Shown: positions 26,701 to 40,233, counted from the stretch's first letter. The stretch is DNA of 64,000 bases from Eledone cirrhosa (GCA_964016885.1 OZ024743.1:361584001-361648000); one strand, 5' to 3'. Numbers and translations are program-made. Notes: generated from the letters alone by a model not told the origin.

Positions 26701-29102
26701 AACCTGCCAACTTCATCTCCTTGGTTCGCTTCCTCATTCCTGACATTGATCATTGCCCGATCATGACCTTTGTAAACATATTTGAATAGATATTTGCAAG
26801 CTTACACTGAGCTACAAATTTCCACATTAATATGACAACGATATTTCATAATCAAATATGGATTTGTAACCTATCGACTGTTTACATTTTCGACCAAACC
26901 GCCATCTGCAGGCAATCGTCTTCTGTATGAGGGATGAGCATCCCAATCGTTCCAGGAAGTGTTCGTGACAAAAGATTTCGGAAAGTGCTTACTGCATTGG
27001 CCATTTTTCACGCAAGGCGCTTTCCGATTTGCCACTCCGCATGGGTTGTGCACCATTGACTTTGCCACCAAGTTGAGCAGTGCCTCATTCTCCGCAGTTC
27101 AGAACACACAATGCTGTCGACATCCTCAGCACATCTCAATTTGCAATCTCTATGTAAAATGATCAGCAAATGTGCAATCCTCTTTTTTGGAATTCAATTA
27201 CGTATGTAAAAGCAACTATACCTCCAAAGATTCCCTCTTTTTCCACATCATCCATTATCTTTTTCAGATATCCTTTGAATACTCTTGCCACAATACTCAG
27301 AACGGTCCTTTAGCTGTTGTCCTGGCAAAAGTGCATCCTTAATATCAGTTCATTCAGGATTGCATGTAACCGTTATAAACAAATCTGGCTTTCCAAACTT
27401 TCTGACAATAGCCATTGCATCCTGATAGCGAATGTTCATATATCTCGAGCCGCCGATGAACGACGATGGCAAAATGATGCGTCGACCAATTTGCTTGTAA
27501 TTGGCATCATCGGCTGTTATCGCATCCTGCATATTATTATACAATTCAGTGCTGATATGTTGCTGATGTGTAGCTATATAATTTAGCCTTTGATTTTCGA
27601 TCTTTGCGAATGCCATGCAACAGTATTCCTGGAACAATCTGCTGGCTTGAAATAGTTCATTTCCCTGTTGATTCCTCTCGTTCAAATGGAACGCGTAAAA
27701 GTCGCGAATCGAATTATTGTGTCTATTGCCACCTCCCTGTTGATGCTGATTATCATGATCATCTAAATGACCAGATATGTTCCATCCATTTTCATCTTTT
27801 GGGAATAAAAGTACATAATGCAATGGATCGTATGCCCTATTTCACTCATTGATAGTGTTGAGACCACCATCTCTGCGATTTAGGACGATATCTCTCGATC
27901 CAGGCTTATCGTCCATCAACACAGCAACTTCACGAAATCCTTCAGGGGCATTATATCGCCGTTTATGTTGATTCCTTGGTACTGCATCAGCCACAATCAC
28001 CAATGTTTGCTGCTGAACATTTTGCAGTTCAGCCACCAACATGAAATCCATAACATAAGGATTACAGTCTAAGCCATGATTGCAAATCACGGATCAAATC
28101 ACTTAACCTTTGCCGTTCAAGTTCAGTTATATTTTCCGGCAACTTCATCCAACCTATCCTGATATCCTCCTTCGATTCACTATAATCTGGATCGTTAACG
28201 TAAATTTGAGCGAATCGAGGCCTCTCTCCTGGGGTAACTTCTAAATTACCGATACAATGATACAAACGGCCTTGAATGACTACATTCGGTTGCCATGCTC
28301 CACTCTCAAACATCTCACTACCTCTCTGCGATGCTAAAGCTAATGAATTGTTAATTTGCCGCGAATATTTGCGCAGTAATCTACCTCGGTCTCCTTGATC
28401 ACCCACATATACTTAATATTTTAAACTCCGGTGACTCCTCATCATCCGGCATTCGCAAGGGTTCTAGTTGAACTGTTCCTTTATGACAGCACATTGTGGT
28501 CCACGTCTTTTCGTGCCTCGAAAGCAATGCTCCACAATATGGACACTGCTCGTCCACCAATCTGAAAATGACACGGTTGCCATGATCCATTTTAAATATC
28601 ATTCGTTCGCCTTCTAGCCTCTTTACTGGAATGAGGAGCACTTTGGCGACACATTCTCTGAACTTCTGTATTGCGCTGGCGCTGTTCAGTCAGCTCCTCT
28701 TCATCCACCGCAGCACGCCGTTGCTGCTGAATTCTGGCCATCTGCTGATGATGCTCAGCCAGTTCGGCTTCAACCATCGCAGCACGCCGTCGCTGCTTGG
28801 CTCCAGTGTTTCGTTGGCGTTGTTCAACCAGCTCCTCTTCATTCATGGCGGCACGTCTTCGCCTCTGAAGTTCGGCATTACGATGGCGCTGTTCGTCCCG
28901 TTTTTCTTCATTGCTGGCTGCACGCTGTAGTTCACTGTTTGATAAAGTCGAATTGCTTTTATTATCATATTCATTTCTAGCAATTGTCAAAAAATGACAC
29001 AATGATAAATATAAAAGATGTTCGGCAATGTAAAGAAAGGTCCCTATTTACTCCCTTCACAATTCTGTGTATGTTAGAATGACAGACAGGCACACAGACA
29101 GA
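23799..29102 (-). mobile_element. Helitron (autonomous-type RepHel, frameshifted, near full length)
   Basis: Minus-strand 3' end: tacccgg gcgaag ctgagta hairpin, then CTAG followed by T (23799). Zn finger CPYCGA..CCHKG, Rep (GKPDLFITVTCNPE, VIEFQKRG, KYLFKYVYKG) and PIF1 motifs present. The 5' TC end near 29102 is tentative. Confidence 0.93.
24490..28930 (-). pseudogene. RepHel polyprotein remnant (HUH Rep plus PIF1-family helicase)
   Basis: Collinear ORF pieces: FIDAPGGTGKT, VATSGIA..LL.GGKTFHS, IIWDEAPM, GGDFRQVLP, ILLRNIN..GLCNGTRL, RRQFPVNLAFSMTVNKAQGQT, HGQLYVA.SR; intronless, many stops and frameshifts. Confidence 0.92.
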
Positions 29103-29467
29103 TAAACTACGTGGCGATTGTGGAACGCCACACACTTACACGCATGGAAACGCGCACACGCACACAAACTTACACACGCACACACTCACGCATGTTGATA
29201 AGTTTTACACACACACACACGCACACACACATAAACATACGTGCAAGTACATACACACGCACATATGTTAATAGTTATTGAACACAGCGTTCACGCTCTC
29301 CCCTCTCACTCCCTCGTTGGCATTATGCATATTAATTTCAGCTTGGCGTCGTTGAGGTGGGCGGAGTCATTTGAAACCTATGAACCAATGATAATCGAGA
29401 ATTATGGCACACGGAATAATGACGTTCTTGAAATTAATAAGAATATTTGTTAAATAAATATTAATAT

Positions 29468-29472
29468 TTGTG

Positions 29473-29538
<66 letters not shown>

Positions 29539-29553
29539 TGTGTGTGCGTGTGT

Positions 29554-29636
<83 letters not shown>
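29468..29636. repeat. (TG)n microsatellite
   Basis: Direct reading. Confidence 0.97.
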
Positions 29637-29639
<3 letters not shown>

Positions 29640-29709
29640 ATATGTAAGTATGTAAAATGTAAACATGTATAACACATATAACAATATAACAATATATATA
29701 TATATATAT

Positions 29710-30621
29710 TGTTATACTTTGGGAGGGTCATGTTACCAATAAGAAACACACGCACCAGGTATTTCACTTCAATTTATTATAAATGAAATTATAAATTTAA
29801 AAATTTATAAATTTCCGGTTGGTTGATTGGTTCCACAACCGGACGGTTGTTCATATATTGTCAAAGTTCTTTCGTCACACATTATGTGACCTCTTCAGTG
29901 ACTGGGGATTCTTTTCTTTGTTTTTTGTGCCTCTCCTTTATTCTGTCCTACGCCATCTTGTTTTTGTGTGTGTTGTGTGCTTAGTTTGCGCATGTGTTAA
30001 ATCCGCGTGTGTGTGTGTTTTTGTTTGTTTATTTATTTGTTTATTTATATGTTACTAGTTAGTTGTTTGTTCTATGTGTGTGTGTTTTCATTTTGTCCTT
30101 AATTGTGAGTTGTGATGTTGCTATTCCATTCATGTTTTCTATTTAATTTTGGTTGGAGTTCATTTATGTCTATTGCCTCTGTGATTTTTCTAAACTTTGC
30201 GTCTTTTCTGTGTGTAGATTCTATTTTTATTTCTATGTTCTCTAATTTGCCCCTATGTTCTATTTTAGCATATTGGTGGAGTACTGTTGAGTCTTTTCTA
30301 TCTTGGAGTTTTCGCCAGTGTTCATTTAATCGTTCTCCTATGCTACGAGCTGTCTCACATATGTACATTATATTCTTATCTTTACATTGTCCCTCAGTAC
30401 ATCTTATGCTATATACTATGTTTCGAGTTGTACAGTGTATATGGAGGCTTAGTTTACAGATTATGCATTTACTATCTAAACAGGGAGGTCTTTGAAAAGG
30501 GTATGTATTACTAATAAGTGTTTTTATGGAGGTACCTGGTCTTTCCACTATCTTAATATTTAGTTTAAGTTTATCTAGGGCCCTTCTATAAATAATCTCG
30601 GGAATTTTACCCGCTCTAGAC
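29710..30621 (-). mobile_element. 5'-truncated Penelope-like element (GIY-YIG endonuclease, 3' UTR/pLTR), with TA runs at both ends
   Basis: ORF 30099-30623: CLDSKCIIC..CTTRNIVYSIRC..MYICETARSIGERLNEH..RKITEAIDI..PKLNRKHE. Confidence 0.9.
29860..29902 (-). ncRNA. Type I hammerhead motif downstream of the GIY-YIG ORF
   Basis: gtca CTGAAGA g gtcaca taatg tgtgac GAAA gaac TT tgac. Confidence 0.75.
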
Positions 30622-31199
30622 ATATATATAGAGCGGCGGGAAAGACGATTTCTCTATGATAGTATGATGAGGAAGAACATGAATAAATGAAAGGATGAGG
30701 GCAAATGTAAGGGAATTTATATCGCTATATATACATACCTAGAACAGACACCAGATAGGGCAGATAGTTGAAAATGTTTAAAATGAAGCTGCGTAAGAAG
30801 ATACAAGCAAAATAGTCATTAACATATATATGGCAGAAAATATGGCAGAAAATGTGATTTCAAGTACTTTTTCCTATACTGGATCAGCTTTAATGATACA
30901 TACATGTATATATACACCACTATACACACTTACAGACACACCTATACATACGCAAATATGAATATATAACTGGAACCTTCCTCAGACTATACAAATAGCC
31001 GTGTGGATATAATGACTATGGGATGGCATGAAACCTAACCATCTATAGCCGGGTATAGTCACGCATCGACATCAGCCTAGGGCGAACCATCGATACCCTA
31101 TATATGTCCACTCCATATCACGCTACCCACATTATTTTATACATATATAGGATTATATACCGCATTCTCTAATTTCCTATCCCCCTGAAAGCCATACGT

Positions 31200-32345
31200 G
31201 TATGCCTGCAGACCAAGCCTGCAGATCTGACGAGGATGACGGAGAGATTACGCCTCATCGACGCGCAATCAGCGTTCTTTCTCCTAAGGAACGGCTATGC
31301 TCTCTTTAAATTCCTCTTCACGATACCGGTTGCGCCTTACCACCCTCTAGCACATCTGAGGCTGCGCAGAACAAATCTGCAATGTTTGCTTTGACACATC
31401 TCGTTGACAACAGGCGAAACTTCCTGTGAGATTCGGTGGCTTCGGCTTCCGATCCACTGTTGACTTGGCATTGCCGGCCGATCTCTCCTCAAATTCCTCC
31501 AGCCACATCCTCATCAACGAGGTCCTCCGCATAAAGATAGAACCTGATGTAGCACGAGAGATGGAGTCAGAGTTTTTTGATTAAACCGACGAAAGCCTTG
31601 ACGACCCCCAATGTACCGATACCGAACGTAACAGGAAGTCTACCTTCAGGTGGATCGAGTCTTTCTTCGACCAATACCGTCTCTCCTGCTTACGCTCCAC
31701 CTCACAACAAATACTGGCGCTTGGCTCAATTCGGCGCCTTCCGCATCAACCTGTACCCTTCTTCATGAGGAGTGCACCTTCATTTAAGTGGCACAGCGCC
31801 TCGGCATCAATGTATGTGAGCCCCATAGATGCCCTTGTGGAACAGTGATCGACAAGTTCGCACCAGTTATCCTGCCACCTTATGGCATGCCGACTTCCCC
31901 GTCACTCCACTCTAAGCGGCATTATGAAAAGAATCATCGATGCAGCCTATTTTCCGTTGTAATTGGATCCGACTTGTCTCGACCGTGGAGATGGTAATCA
32001 CCCTGACGGATTAATGCTCTTTCCTTTTATGGGAGTAAATCCCTAATTTAGATTTAGGACGCGACGTGGAGCGAGAGATTCTCCACCGCCAACCTCTTCG
32101 TTTTAGTCACAAACCCAGGCTCTGATTCCTGTAATGTGGAGAGGAGAAAGATAGTCAAATACCGGGGCCTAACCGAGCTATTCTTTTTTGCACCGGTCTC
32201 CGTCGAGACCTGTGGCGTCCTTGGTCCCCGCACTGTTGATTTCCTAAAGGCGGAAAGACGAGATGGGGTGGCTGTTACAGAGGCATATCTCTCATCATTC
32301 TCCGAAGGAAAACCTTTGTCATTATGATTGCAGGGGCGTGGCTAA
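31200..32345 (+). mobile_element. CRE-like non-LTR retrotransposon 3' fragment with restriction-like endonuclease, decayed
   Basis: QAKLPVRFGGFG, RLGINVCEPHRCPCG, PDG motif, ERRKIVKY..FAPVSVETCGVLG. Confidence 0.8.
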
Positions 32346-32951
32346 GGCCCCGCTCAAACTGAATTGTATTGCTTAACCCTCCCTTCTACTTTTCTTTTGT
32401 TGTTTGATCTTTTTTCATTTTCCATTCATCATTTCCTTTCCTTTTCTTTTTTTCTTCTCTTTAATAGCGTGTTTTGTTTTATTTAACTATTGTTTTGCAT
32501 GTCCATGTCTGTCGTCACCTAGTAGGTAACAGCATCGAATTGTTATTAATAGTCTCATCGAAAACTACGATTATTTGTGAGTTGTTCTGAAATGAAAGCT
32601 AGAAATGTTAAATGGAAGTAGAACCAAAAGATATCTCTACTCTTTTGAAACACTGTTTCTTCCAAAAGGAGTGCAATATATGTTGTGCAATAAATGATAC
32701 AGTTCGCTCAACTGTAAATCACATAGTTGTTTTTATTGTTTATCTTCAGTGCACCACTAAATAAGAAGATACATCACCAATTGTGTTCTAGGCATGACAA
32801 TACCGTCTATTTTTCATTGACAGTATTATGTATTGTGTCCGTTCTTTTTCAAGGTATTTCTAACAGGGATAACGACAGCACCAACGCTCCCTTTGTTTAT
32901 GGTTCTCAATTGCACAACTAAAATATGTCTAAAATATATCTATATATCAAG

Positions 32952-32981
<30 letters not shown>

Positions 32982-32984
<3 letters not shown>

Positions 32985-33405
32985 ATATAAGATCAAAAGA
33001 TGGTTAAAGGAGTTCAATATATTTTATTATGCGCATTTCAAAAACAAACATCATCAAACAATAATATTTGTGTTTTCATCAGATAAAACAGGAGAACATG
33101 ATATGAAGGCTAAAAAAACACTTGTTGATAGTGCAGTTTTAAATCAACATATGTTGATTTAAAACTGCACTATCAACAAGTGTTTTTTTAGCCTTCATAT
33201 CATGTTCTCCTGTTTTATCTGATGAAAACACAAATATTATTGTTTGATGATGTTTGTTTTTGAAATGCGCATAATAAAATATATTGAACTCCTTTAACCA
33301 TCTTTTGATCTTATATTATGCATACTCCAGTCCCACAAACTGTAGAGTGCTTCTTATCCGATATCTGCATTGCTTTATTGTACTACAATAAAACTCACCT
33401 CCTAC
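32982..33405. repeat. Fold-back cassette: perfect spacerless 338-bp palindrome (32982-33319) plus tail, inside (TA)n
   Basis: Centre tcaacat|atgttga at 33150/33151; no mismatch seen between the arms. Confidence 0.95.
33213..33279 (+). ncRNA. Type I hammerhead motif (mirror copy on the minus strand at 33022-33088)
   Basis: ttttat CTGATGA aaaca..tgttttt GAAA tgcgca TA ataaaa; palindromic stem III ATGCGCAT. Confidence 0.8.
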
Positions 33406-33429
33406 ATATATATATATATATATATCTTG

Positions 33430-33690
33430 AAGATCACAAGGAAATGAACTACCGTCAGTTTCGACGATGGGTGTTCCAGTTGTTCTCGGGGAGATTCAGT
33501 GTGACACAAGTGTATAAGGTTGCTTGTCTTTTTTTCTTAATTACAGCTACAGTCAATCCAACGAACTTACAAAGAGTTTCGGTCTACAGAATTTTGCTCA
33601 CAAGGCATTTACCCAAGGTGACACGAACGAGATCGAACATGAGTCCAAGTGTTTGCGAAGCGAAAATTTTAACTATTCGACCATACTGCA
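33430..33690 (-). mobile_element. Degenerate tRNA-derived SINE
   Basis: Minus strand gttcgatctc B-box followed by caccttgggtaaatgcctt (CORE-like). Confidence 0.5.
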
Positions 33691-34449
33691 AGATCTATAT
33701 AAAAAAATATTGTATATATATATATATTAATGCTTTGGTGTTTTCCGTCTCTTTATTTTAAAATAATTCATAATTCACTCATATATCTAGGAGCTAATTT
33801 ACCTTGTGTATATCATACTACGATCGCAGTATGATATACTAAAGTCATAAAATATAATGTGTTCTGTATAAAAAGATCAGTTGCCTCTTTTGTCATTGAA
33901 GTGACAATAATTTTGGATTCCAGAATATCCAGCTAAATATTCTTCCAAGAAAAATAGAATCGTTACCTGAAAATGAATTGTGTCATGTTAATCATAGAAA
34001 GCATTCTGTGAAATAACGCTAATTACTAAAACTAATGAAGAATATGAGTCGCCTACATTTGTTTTGATTTAAAATAAAAAATGTGCGATCTTGAAACAAA
34101 GAGAAAAGAAAATGTATGAAATAGATTTGCAGAATTTAATTGTGAAAACAAAAATTTTTAATTAGTGCCAAAAACTAGCCCGAAAGTTCAGTGCATCACT
34201 TACTAAGAGGGCTTAGTTAAAAAAGAAAGCTTTAATATGGCATTAAGTGCCCGAGAGTCCAAGGGCAGAAGCTATCACAGTCTTAATCTAAAGCTGCAAC
34301 TTTTACTAATGTATATTCTAACTACTAGATCTTGGATCTTCATTTAATACCATATGTATCAAAGTCAAAAATGAATTGAATTTTCATACAAAATTAGGTA
34401 AACACAACGGAAGTAACAGTTTCACAGACTGGATATCACTGTGGTGGTG

Positions 34450-34481
<32 letters not shown>

Positions 34482-34586
34482 GAAGTAGAAGAAGAAGAAG
34501 AACTGTCTCAGTCGATCCAATCGTGAAATATTTTCATACATCTACATATCTTTTACAAAATCACTTCACATCGTACAATACAACGC

Positions 34587-34773
34587 TGGATTGGCAGTAT
34601 TGGGAGAGGGTCAGACGCCATGCTTTGACGTATAGAGTTACGGCCCTTGCCATACTGAGTTCAAATCCCGGCGAGGTTAACTTTGCCTTTCATCCTTACG
34701 TGGTCGATAAAATAAAGTACCAGTAATGCACTGGGTAATTGCTGGCCTTGTGCCTAACGTAGAAACAATTATA
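34587..34773 (+). mobile_element. tRNA-derived SINE, same family as 22862
   Basis: gagttcaaatcccggcgaggttaactttgcctttcatcc..ggccttgtgcctaacgtagaaacaattat. Confidence 0.85.
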
Positions 34774-35229
34774 ATATTTAACTCCGTAATAGCACCACCA
34801 ACTACAAAAGCAAAGATGGTTGAACTGCTTTACGTTGAGTACTCTCTATATTATTACATTGCGATTGACCATACGGAATTGACCAGCTCTATCCAGTGGT
34901 GAACCTCAAACCTGAATAAATAATGCTCCTGAAATGTTGAGCACTTCCAAATGTAATAATGAACAGCGGCATGGGACTGAATATATCTAACCACTATTCG
35001 GATTTGGCTGCTCAGTGTTTTTGCCTACCGCCCACCTGGCCTATTGCTACTTCCCCCTCAGAATATTCGGACTTCGACGAAACTCTACGGATTATACCAT
35101 AACCTGTATTGTACTGCACTGTATCAACTAAATTCGCTGCCCTATACGTCAGGGCATGTATAACTCACACTAAATTCCCAGACTTGAACACACACTGATT
35201 CCATTTCCACATCTATATGCATTATCTGA

Positions 35230-36880
35230 CTGCAACTTGAACTATATTGTATTTCTCCTGTCTTGAACTCTCCATTTACTCCACCACCACTCATGTTTGT
35301 TTATTTACATCTTTATATCTTTATTTGCTGTATTAATGCTTTTTCCACGTATTCTACTTCTATACATCCATGTAATTTTTACTTCCCTTATTCGGATTTT
35401 TACTCGCGTGTACCCTTAGCACACAACACTGGAATGTCTCCCCCTGGGATCATAAATACTACAACCTGAACTATATTGTACTTCTACTATGTCTTGATTT
35501 CTCCAGCTTACTCCACCACCACTCTTGTTGGTTTATTTATATATTTATATTTATATATTTATATATTTATACCTTTGCTTTATAATTAACGTTTCTTCAT
35601 AAAAGACTCTCTTTAACTAAACCCCGCAACCCAAAACCTTAAAAAGGATTTTTTTAAATGTTTAATTTTCAATTTTCTGTTTGTTCAATTCTCAATCTTC
35701 TTACTCTTTAATTTTATAATGTTATTCTGAATTCTTTCAACTTCATCCGATAAATTTAAACAATATTTTAACGTTCCAACTTTCTGTCGGACTGTTGGGT
35801 TGGTTTTCCTGGCGGCGGGAGGGCCCCCTGGCGCATAGGCCTACCTTGAGTGCTTGGAAAAATAAATTTCCCCTTCTTTCGGTAAATGAAACTACTCGGA
35901 GTGGCTTGATTCGCCCCGGGGGCCCGGCTCGCGGCCGATTTTTAACCGCCACATAGTACCTTTAAATTACAGATCAAATCAGAACTATTAGATATATCAA
36001 CCTTAAAATGTTAAACTGTTTAACTTTAAATTTTCTAATTTCTTTAATATTAATTATTAATTTTTAACTTCATCCTATAAGTCTAAACAAAAACGTAACG
36101 TTCCAATCTTCCGCTCACACATTATAACACACTGACCCCCACTATATTTACCTCTGCTAAGATACGAGTCCCTGTGAAAATTTGTTCGCACCACTCCTGG
36201 CCTGACTGTAGTCTGACATTAATATCGACCTTTCTTCCCCTTTCTTTCTATCTTTCTTCTTGTAGCCATCAACGCTGACTTTTCTACTTCTTCCTTTTCT
36301 TCCTTGTATTCTCCCTTCTTTCTGCCTTCCTCCCGCAGACTTATCTTCCTTTCCCTTTTGGTTTGCCTATATTTGACCGGTAGTAATTGTTAAGATACGG
36401 ATCCCTTAGAATAATAAAATTTCTTCGCGACAATCCTGGCCTGACTGTAATACCGACCTTTCCTCCTCTTTCTTTCTGTCTTTCTTCTTATAGCTGACAT
36501 TAACCCTGGCTTCTCTTCTTCTTCCTTCCCCCTTCTTCTCGTCTCTTTTCTTTCTTTCTTTCTTTTTTCTTGTGGCAAGATATTAACGCTAACTTATGTT
36601 CCCATCCCTTTCTGTTTTCCTTTATCTGACCGGTAGTAGCAAACTGTAAGCTTTAGCCATGTCACTCGAGGGAGTCCGGCAAAAGTAGAAGACGCTGGAT
36701 GGCGATCGCCCTCGGGTCCTTGATTTTCAGCCCCATGGATTTTATCTATTACATTCACGTATTATATTTCGAATACCTGATGATATCACCGGATTCATAC
36801 GGAACCCGGTCATTGAAATGATCATAGTATAATAAACCTTTCAAGGATTTACACAAATCCAGCCTCCTGTCATTTCATTA

Positions 36881-36885
<5 letters not shown>
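35230..36885 (+). mobile_element. Probable long PLE 3' region with internal diverged tandem duplications, ending in a hammerhead and (TA)n
   Basis: Duplications 35238/35468, 35740/36066 and 36158/36391; terminal hammerhead at 36773; no clear ORF. Confidence 0.45.
36773..36830 (+). ncRNA. Type I hammerhead ribozyme motif
   Basis: atac CTGATGA tatc accgg..ccggt catt GAAA tgatca TA gtat; palindromic stem III ATGATCAT. Confidence 0.8.
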
Positions 36886-36918
<33 letters not shown>

Positions 36919-37191
36919 AGGCTTAAATCTTCAATAATTCCATTAACTTGAGAGTGTTTTTCCTAATATGAATTTGAATAAATAGTAGAACCATGAACTT
37001 AAAGCAAGGAAAGAATATTTCCTTCATTTATATCAATTTCACTATCAACATTTTTCTTTCACTCAACTGTATCGACCCTCCATTGTGGAAGATATATTAA
37101 ATACTTTCTGTCACTATTTGTCTATTTTCGATTATTTATTTATTTATTTATTTATTTATGCATTCATTCATTCATCTATTTATTTATTCAT

Positions 37192-37226
<35 letters not shown>

Positions 37227-38380
37227 TTTCATTAATGTCCCACTTTATACGTATGAAAAAGGCTGATAATAAGTATATTTCTTGGGATGGTAATTGCTTG
37301 TGATAATAATACCTAATTTCTCGGATCGTATGCGCCAATGTGGCATTTCGTGAGCTGATTATACATATTGTAACTGCTGCTTTGTTCGTTTTTATATATC
37401 AATATCTATCTACTAGCCATTATACCGTATAGTTCACTGCTCAGTCATTTTTCAAACGCGTAATACCGACAAACAGGGAAAAAGCAATTAAATAAGGATG
37501 CACTCACACACGTAAACAAACACACACGATCACAAAAACACTCACACAAACAGACTCACATATATGCAAATAGATGTATGTATATATTCATATATATTTA
37601 TGTGTGTGTATGTGTATGTGTGTGTGTAATATACCCATGTATATATATGCACATGCATCCAATCATACATACATACGTGCATGCATATATAAAGAGAATA
37701 TATATAATTATATATGCCTATAGAAAAAAGACCCTTGTCATTGTAATGTTATTGGTAATAGCAGAATGTTTCATAATCTCCCTAACAACATGCATTACAT
37801 TTACAATATATTATATGATTCATTGCTGCATTTCATCCGTAGTCAGAAGGGGCAATCTTGAATATACAACAAAATAAAATGAATACAAAGTATTACCTGG
37901 TTTGTTTTTCATTTGTATGTATCAATTCTTTTGCTTTTTATCTTTCGCATCTCATGATAAATGAGTTCACTGTACATACATCTACTATTCAAAATACAAG
38001 GATTTAGTGGGCTCTGCGCGCGAAAACTAATATATATATATATATATATATATGCAACTCAAGTAGTACAATAGCTTAATACTTAAACATGAGCATTCAG
38101 CTCTGTTAGGGTCTTGCCTATGGCCAGCAATGCCATGCATTGCAAAAAAATGTCACATATCAAGCGATGCCTGTGCTTGAAACTTTTTAAAGTGAGGATA
38201 GGTCTTGCACTGAGCCAATCCCACTCTCTGAACATCGAATGCTTTTACCCATAAAGAAGAACTGGTCTAAATCATTGGTTTCAAACGAACTCGCAGGTTT
38301 GATATCAGGACGAGCTTCTAGAGAGATGTCTTAATGAAGATTAAGAGTCTCATGCTTCACAAAATACACACACAGACGCA

Positions 38381-38417
<37 letters not shown>

Positions 38418-38448
38418 ACACACATACACACACACACACGCGCACACA

Positions 38449-38480
<32 letters not shown>

Positions 38481-38734
38481 TACACACACACATTCTCATG
38501 TACTTAAATATAAAAATTATAGGTAACTATATTTTTCTTGTTTTTTTTTATTATATGTATTAATAAATGCAGAAGTGGATACGTTGTTAATCAAAACACC
38601 AAGGACCGATGAAGGTGCATGTTCATCTGTTTGTGAGAGAGGTAGAGGCTGTGTGGGTAAGAGATGGAGAGAATGTTAGAAAAGTAAGTGATAGTGGGGA
38701 AAAGAATTGAGAAATAGAATGCGGAAAGAACAGT

Positions 38735-39002
38735 AGGTTTCGTCTATTCTACTTCGACTACATATTGAGAGAGTGACCTACAGCAGTAACCGTCTCTAAA
38801 TATTCCTGCTAGATCCCCGAACGAGATCAACTGAGCTCATGATTGTTATCCAACCGTTTTTCACTTGGTCAGCCTGTTGGTTGGTTTTGCCCGTAACATC
38901 TGTCCAGCGATTTTATCCTTCGATATTCTAACCATCTCTCCTTAGTACCGAAGTTATCGGAGGAACCTCATTTCGGCCGCTTGTATTCGCGGTCGTATTT
39001 CA
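38735..39002 (-). mobile_element. Degenerate RTE LINE 3' fragment
   Basis: catttcggccgcttgtattcgc and tgttggttggttttgcccgtaa match the copies at 40.2, 42.2 and 55.0 kb. Confidence 0.65.
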
Positions 39003-39094
39003 ACGTCGTGATACATTGAAGCAGATATGCAAAAGATCTGTTGTAGAACTAGTTATAGCGGTGGCGCTAGTAGGTTTTTCCTCATGTTAAAAGG

Positions 39095-39570
39095 GGTTAT
39101 GATGATGTTCATGATGATGTTGGCGGAGGACGATGTGTTGGTAATGATGGTAGCGTTGGTGGTGGTGTTGGTGTTGGTGGTGTTGGTGATGTTGCTGATG
39201 GTGTTGATCATACGGAAATTGATGAAGGCAAGGCGAATGACAGTGGCGCTGATGGTGATGGTGCTGGTAGTGGTGAATGGGATGGTGATGGTGATGGTGA
39301 TGGTGATGGTGATGGTGATGGTGATGGTGATGGCGGTGGTGAATACGATGTGGCAGTGCGGTGATTGCTGATGCTAGCGTATGTTGTTGTAGTTGGGGGT
39401 CATTATGGTGTTAATAGTGGTTGCTATGATGATGATGATGATGATGATGGTGATGATAAAGTTGATGTATTCGACGATGACGAAGGCGATGTTGATAATT
39501 GTAGTGGTAAGTGTGGTATAGGTGATGTATAGGCGGCAATGGTGAAGAAGGTGTTGGGGTGGATGATACA
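39095..39570. repeat. (GAT/GGT)n low-complexity trinucleotide tract
   Basis: Direct reading. Confidence 0.9.
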
Positions 39571-39799
39571 TTTTCATTCTTCAAGCTATGTTCTTCATTG
39601 TGGATACATCAACTCTTCTTTAATGTCAACAGACGCTAATTGTACAAATCATATATAAGTGTATCCACAATAATTGCGGTACGATTCATTGCAGCTGGAA
39701 TGATGTAATATATCCTAGTGCGTAATTACTAATATTCCATTTCAATGCATTTCAATGCTTCTAGTCCACCTCCTCCGCCCCCCCCCCATCCTCCTCCTC

Positions 39800-39834
<35 letters not shown>

Positions 39835-40002
39835 GTTTATAGCTGTAGTACAGATTAACACGTGTTGATATTTATGTTAGGCACAAGGTCTGAAATTTCG
39901 GAATTTGGTCAAATAGATCAGATCGAAACCACAAATCAAATGATGCCTATGTAATTAAGGTTCAGGAGAATAAAATGTAATGTCATCTTCAGATACCAAT
40001 AT

Positions 40003-40048
<46 letters not shown>

Positions 40049-40233
40049 CACACACACACACACAGAGTGTAATATCTAATTACCGCGTAATAACCGTTTC
40101 AGTAATCCTAGTCGAAGCTTTTTAATCATGCCAATGTTTATATGCAAGATATCAAATAACGAATTTTAGCTGATATTCAAACGCTACATCACTTTATTGG
40201 GCTGATAAAAAAAGACGTAAATTCAGTATGGAG

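Noticed and set aside
32982-33405. Fold-back cassettes as MITE or Foldback DNA transposons
   Set aside because: The asymmetric tail outside one arm, the hammerhead content and identity to a PLE 3' end favour a retroelement origin, although the TA flanks alone would not exclude it
33880-33975. Possible minus-strand terminal exon after TTTCAG
   Set aside because: Only about 29 codons with no recognisable similarity; the splice-like motif could be chance
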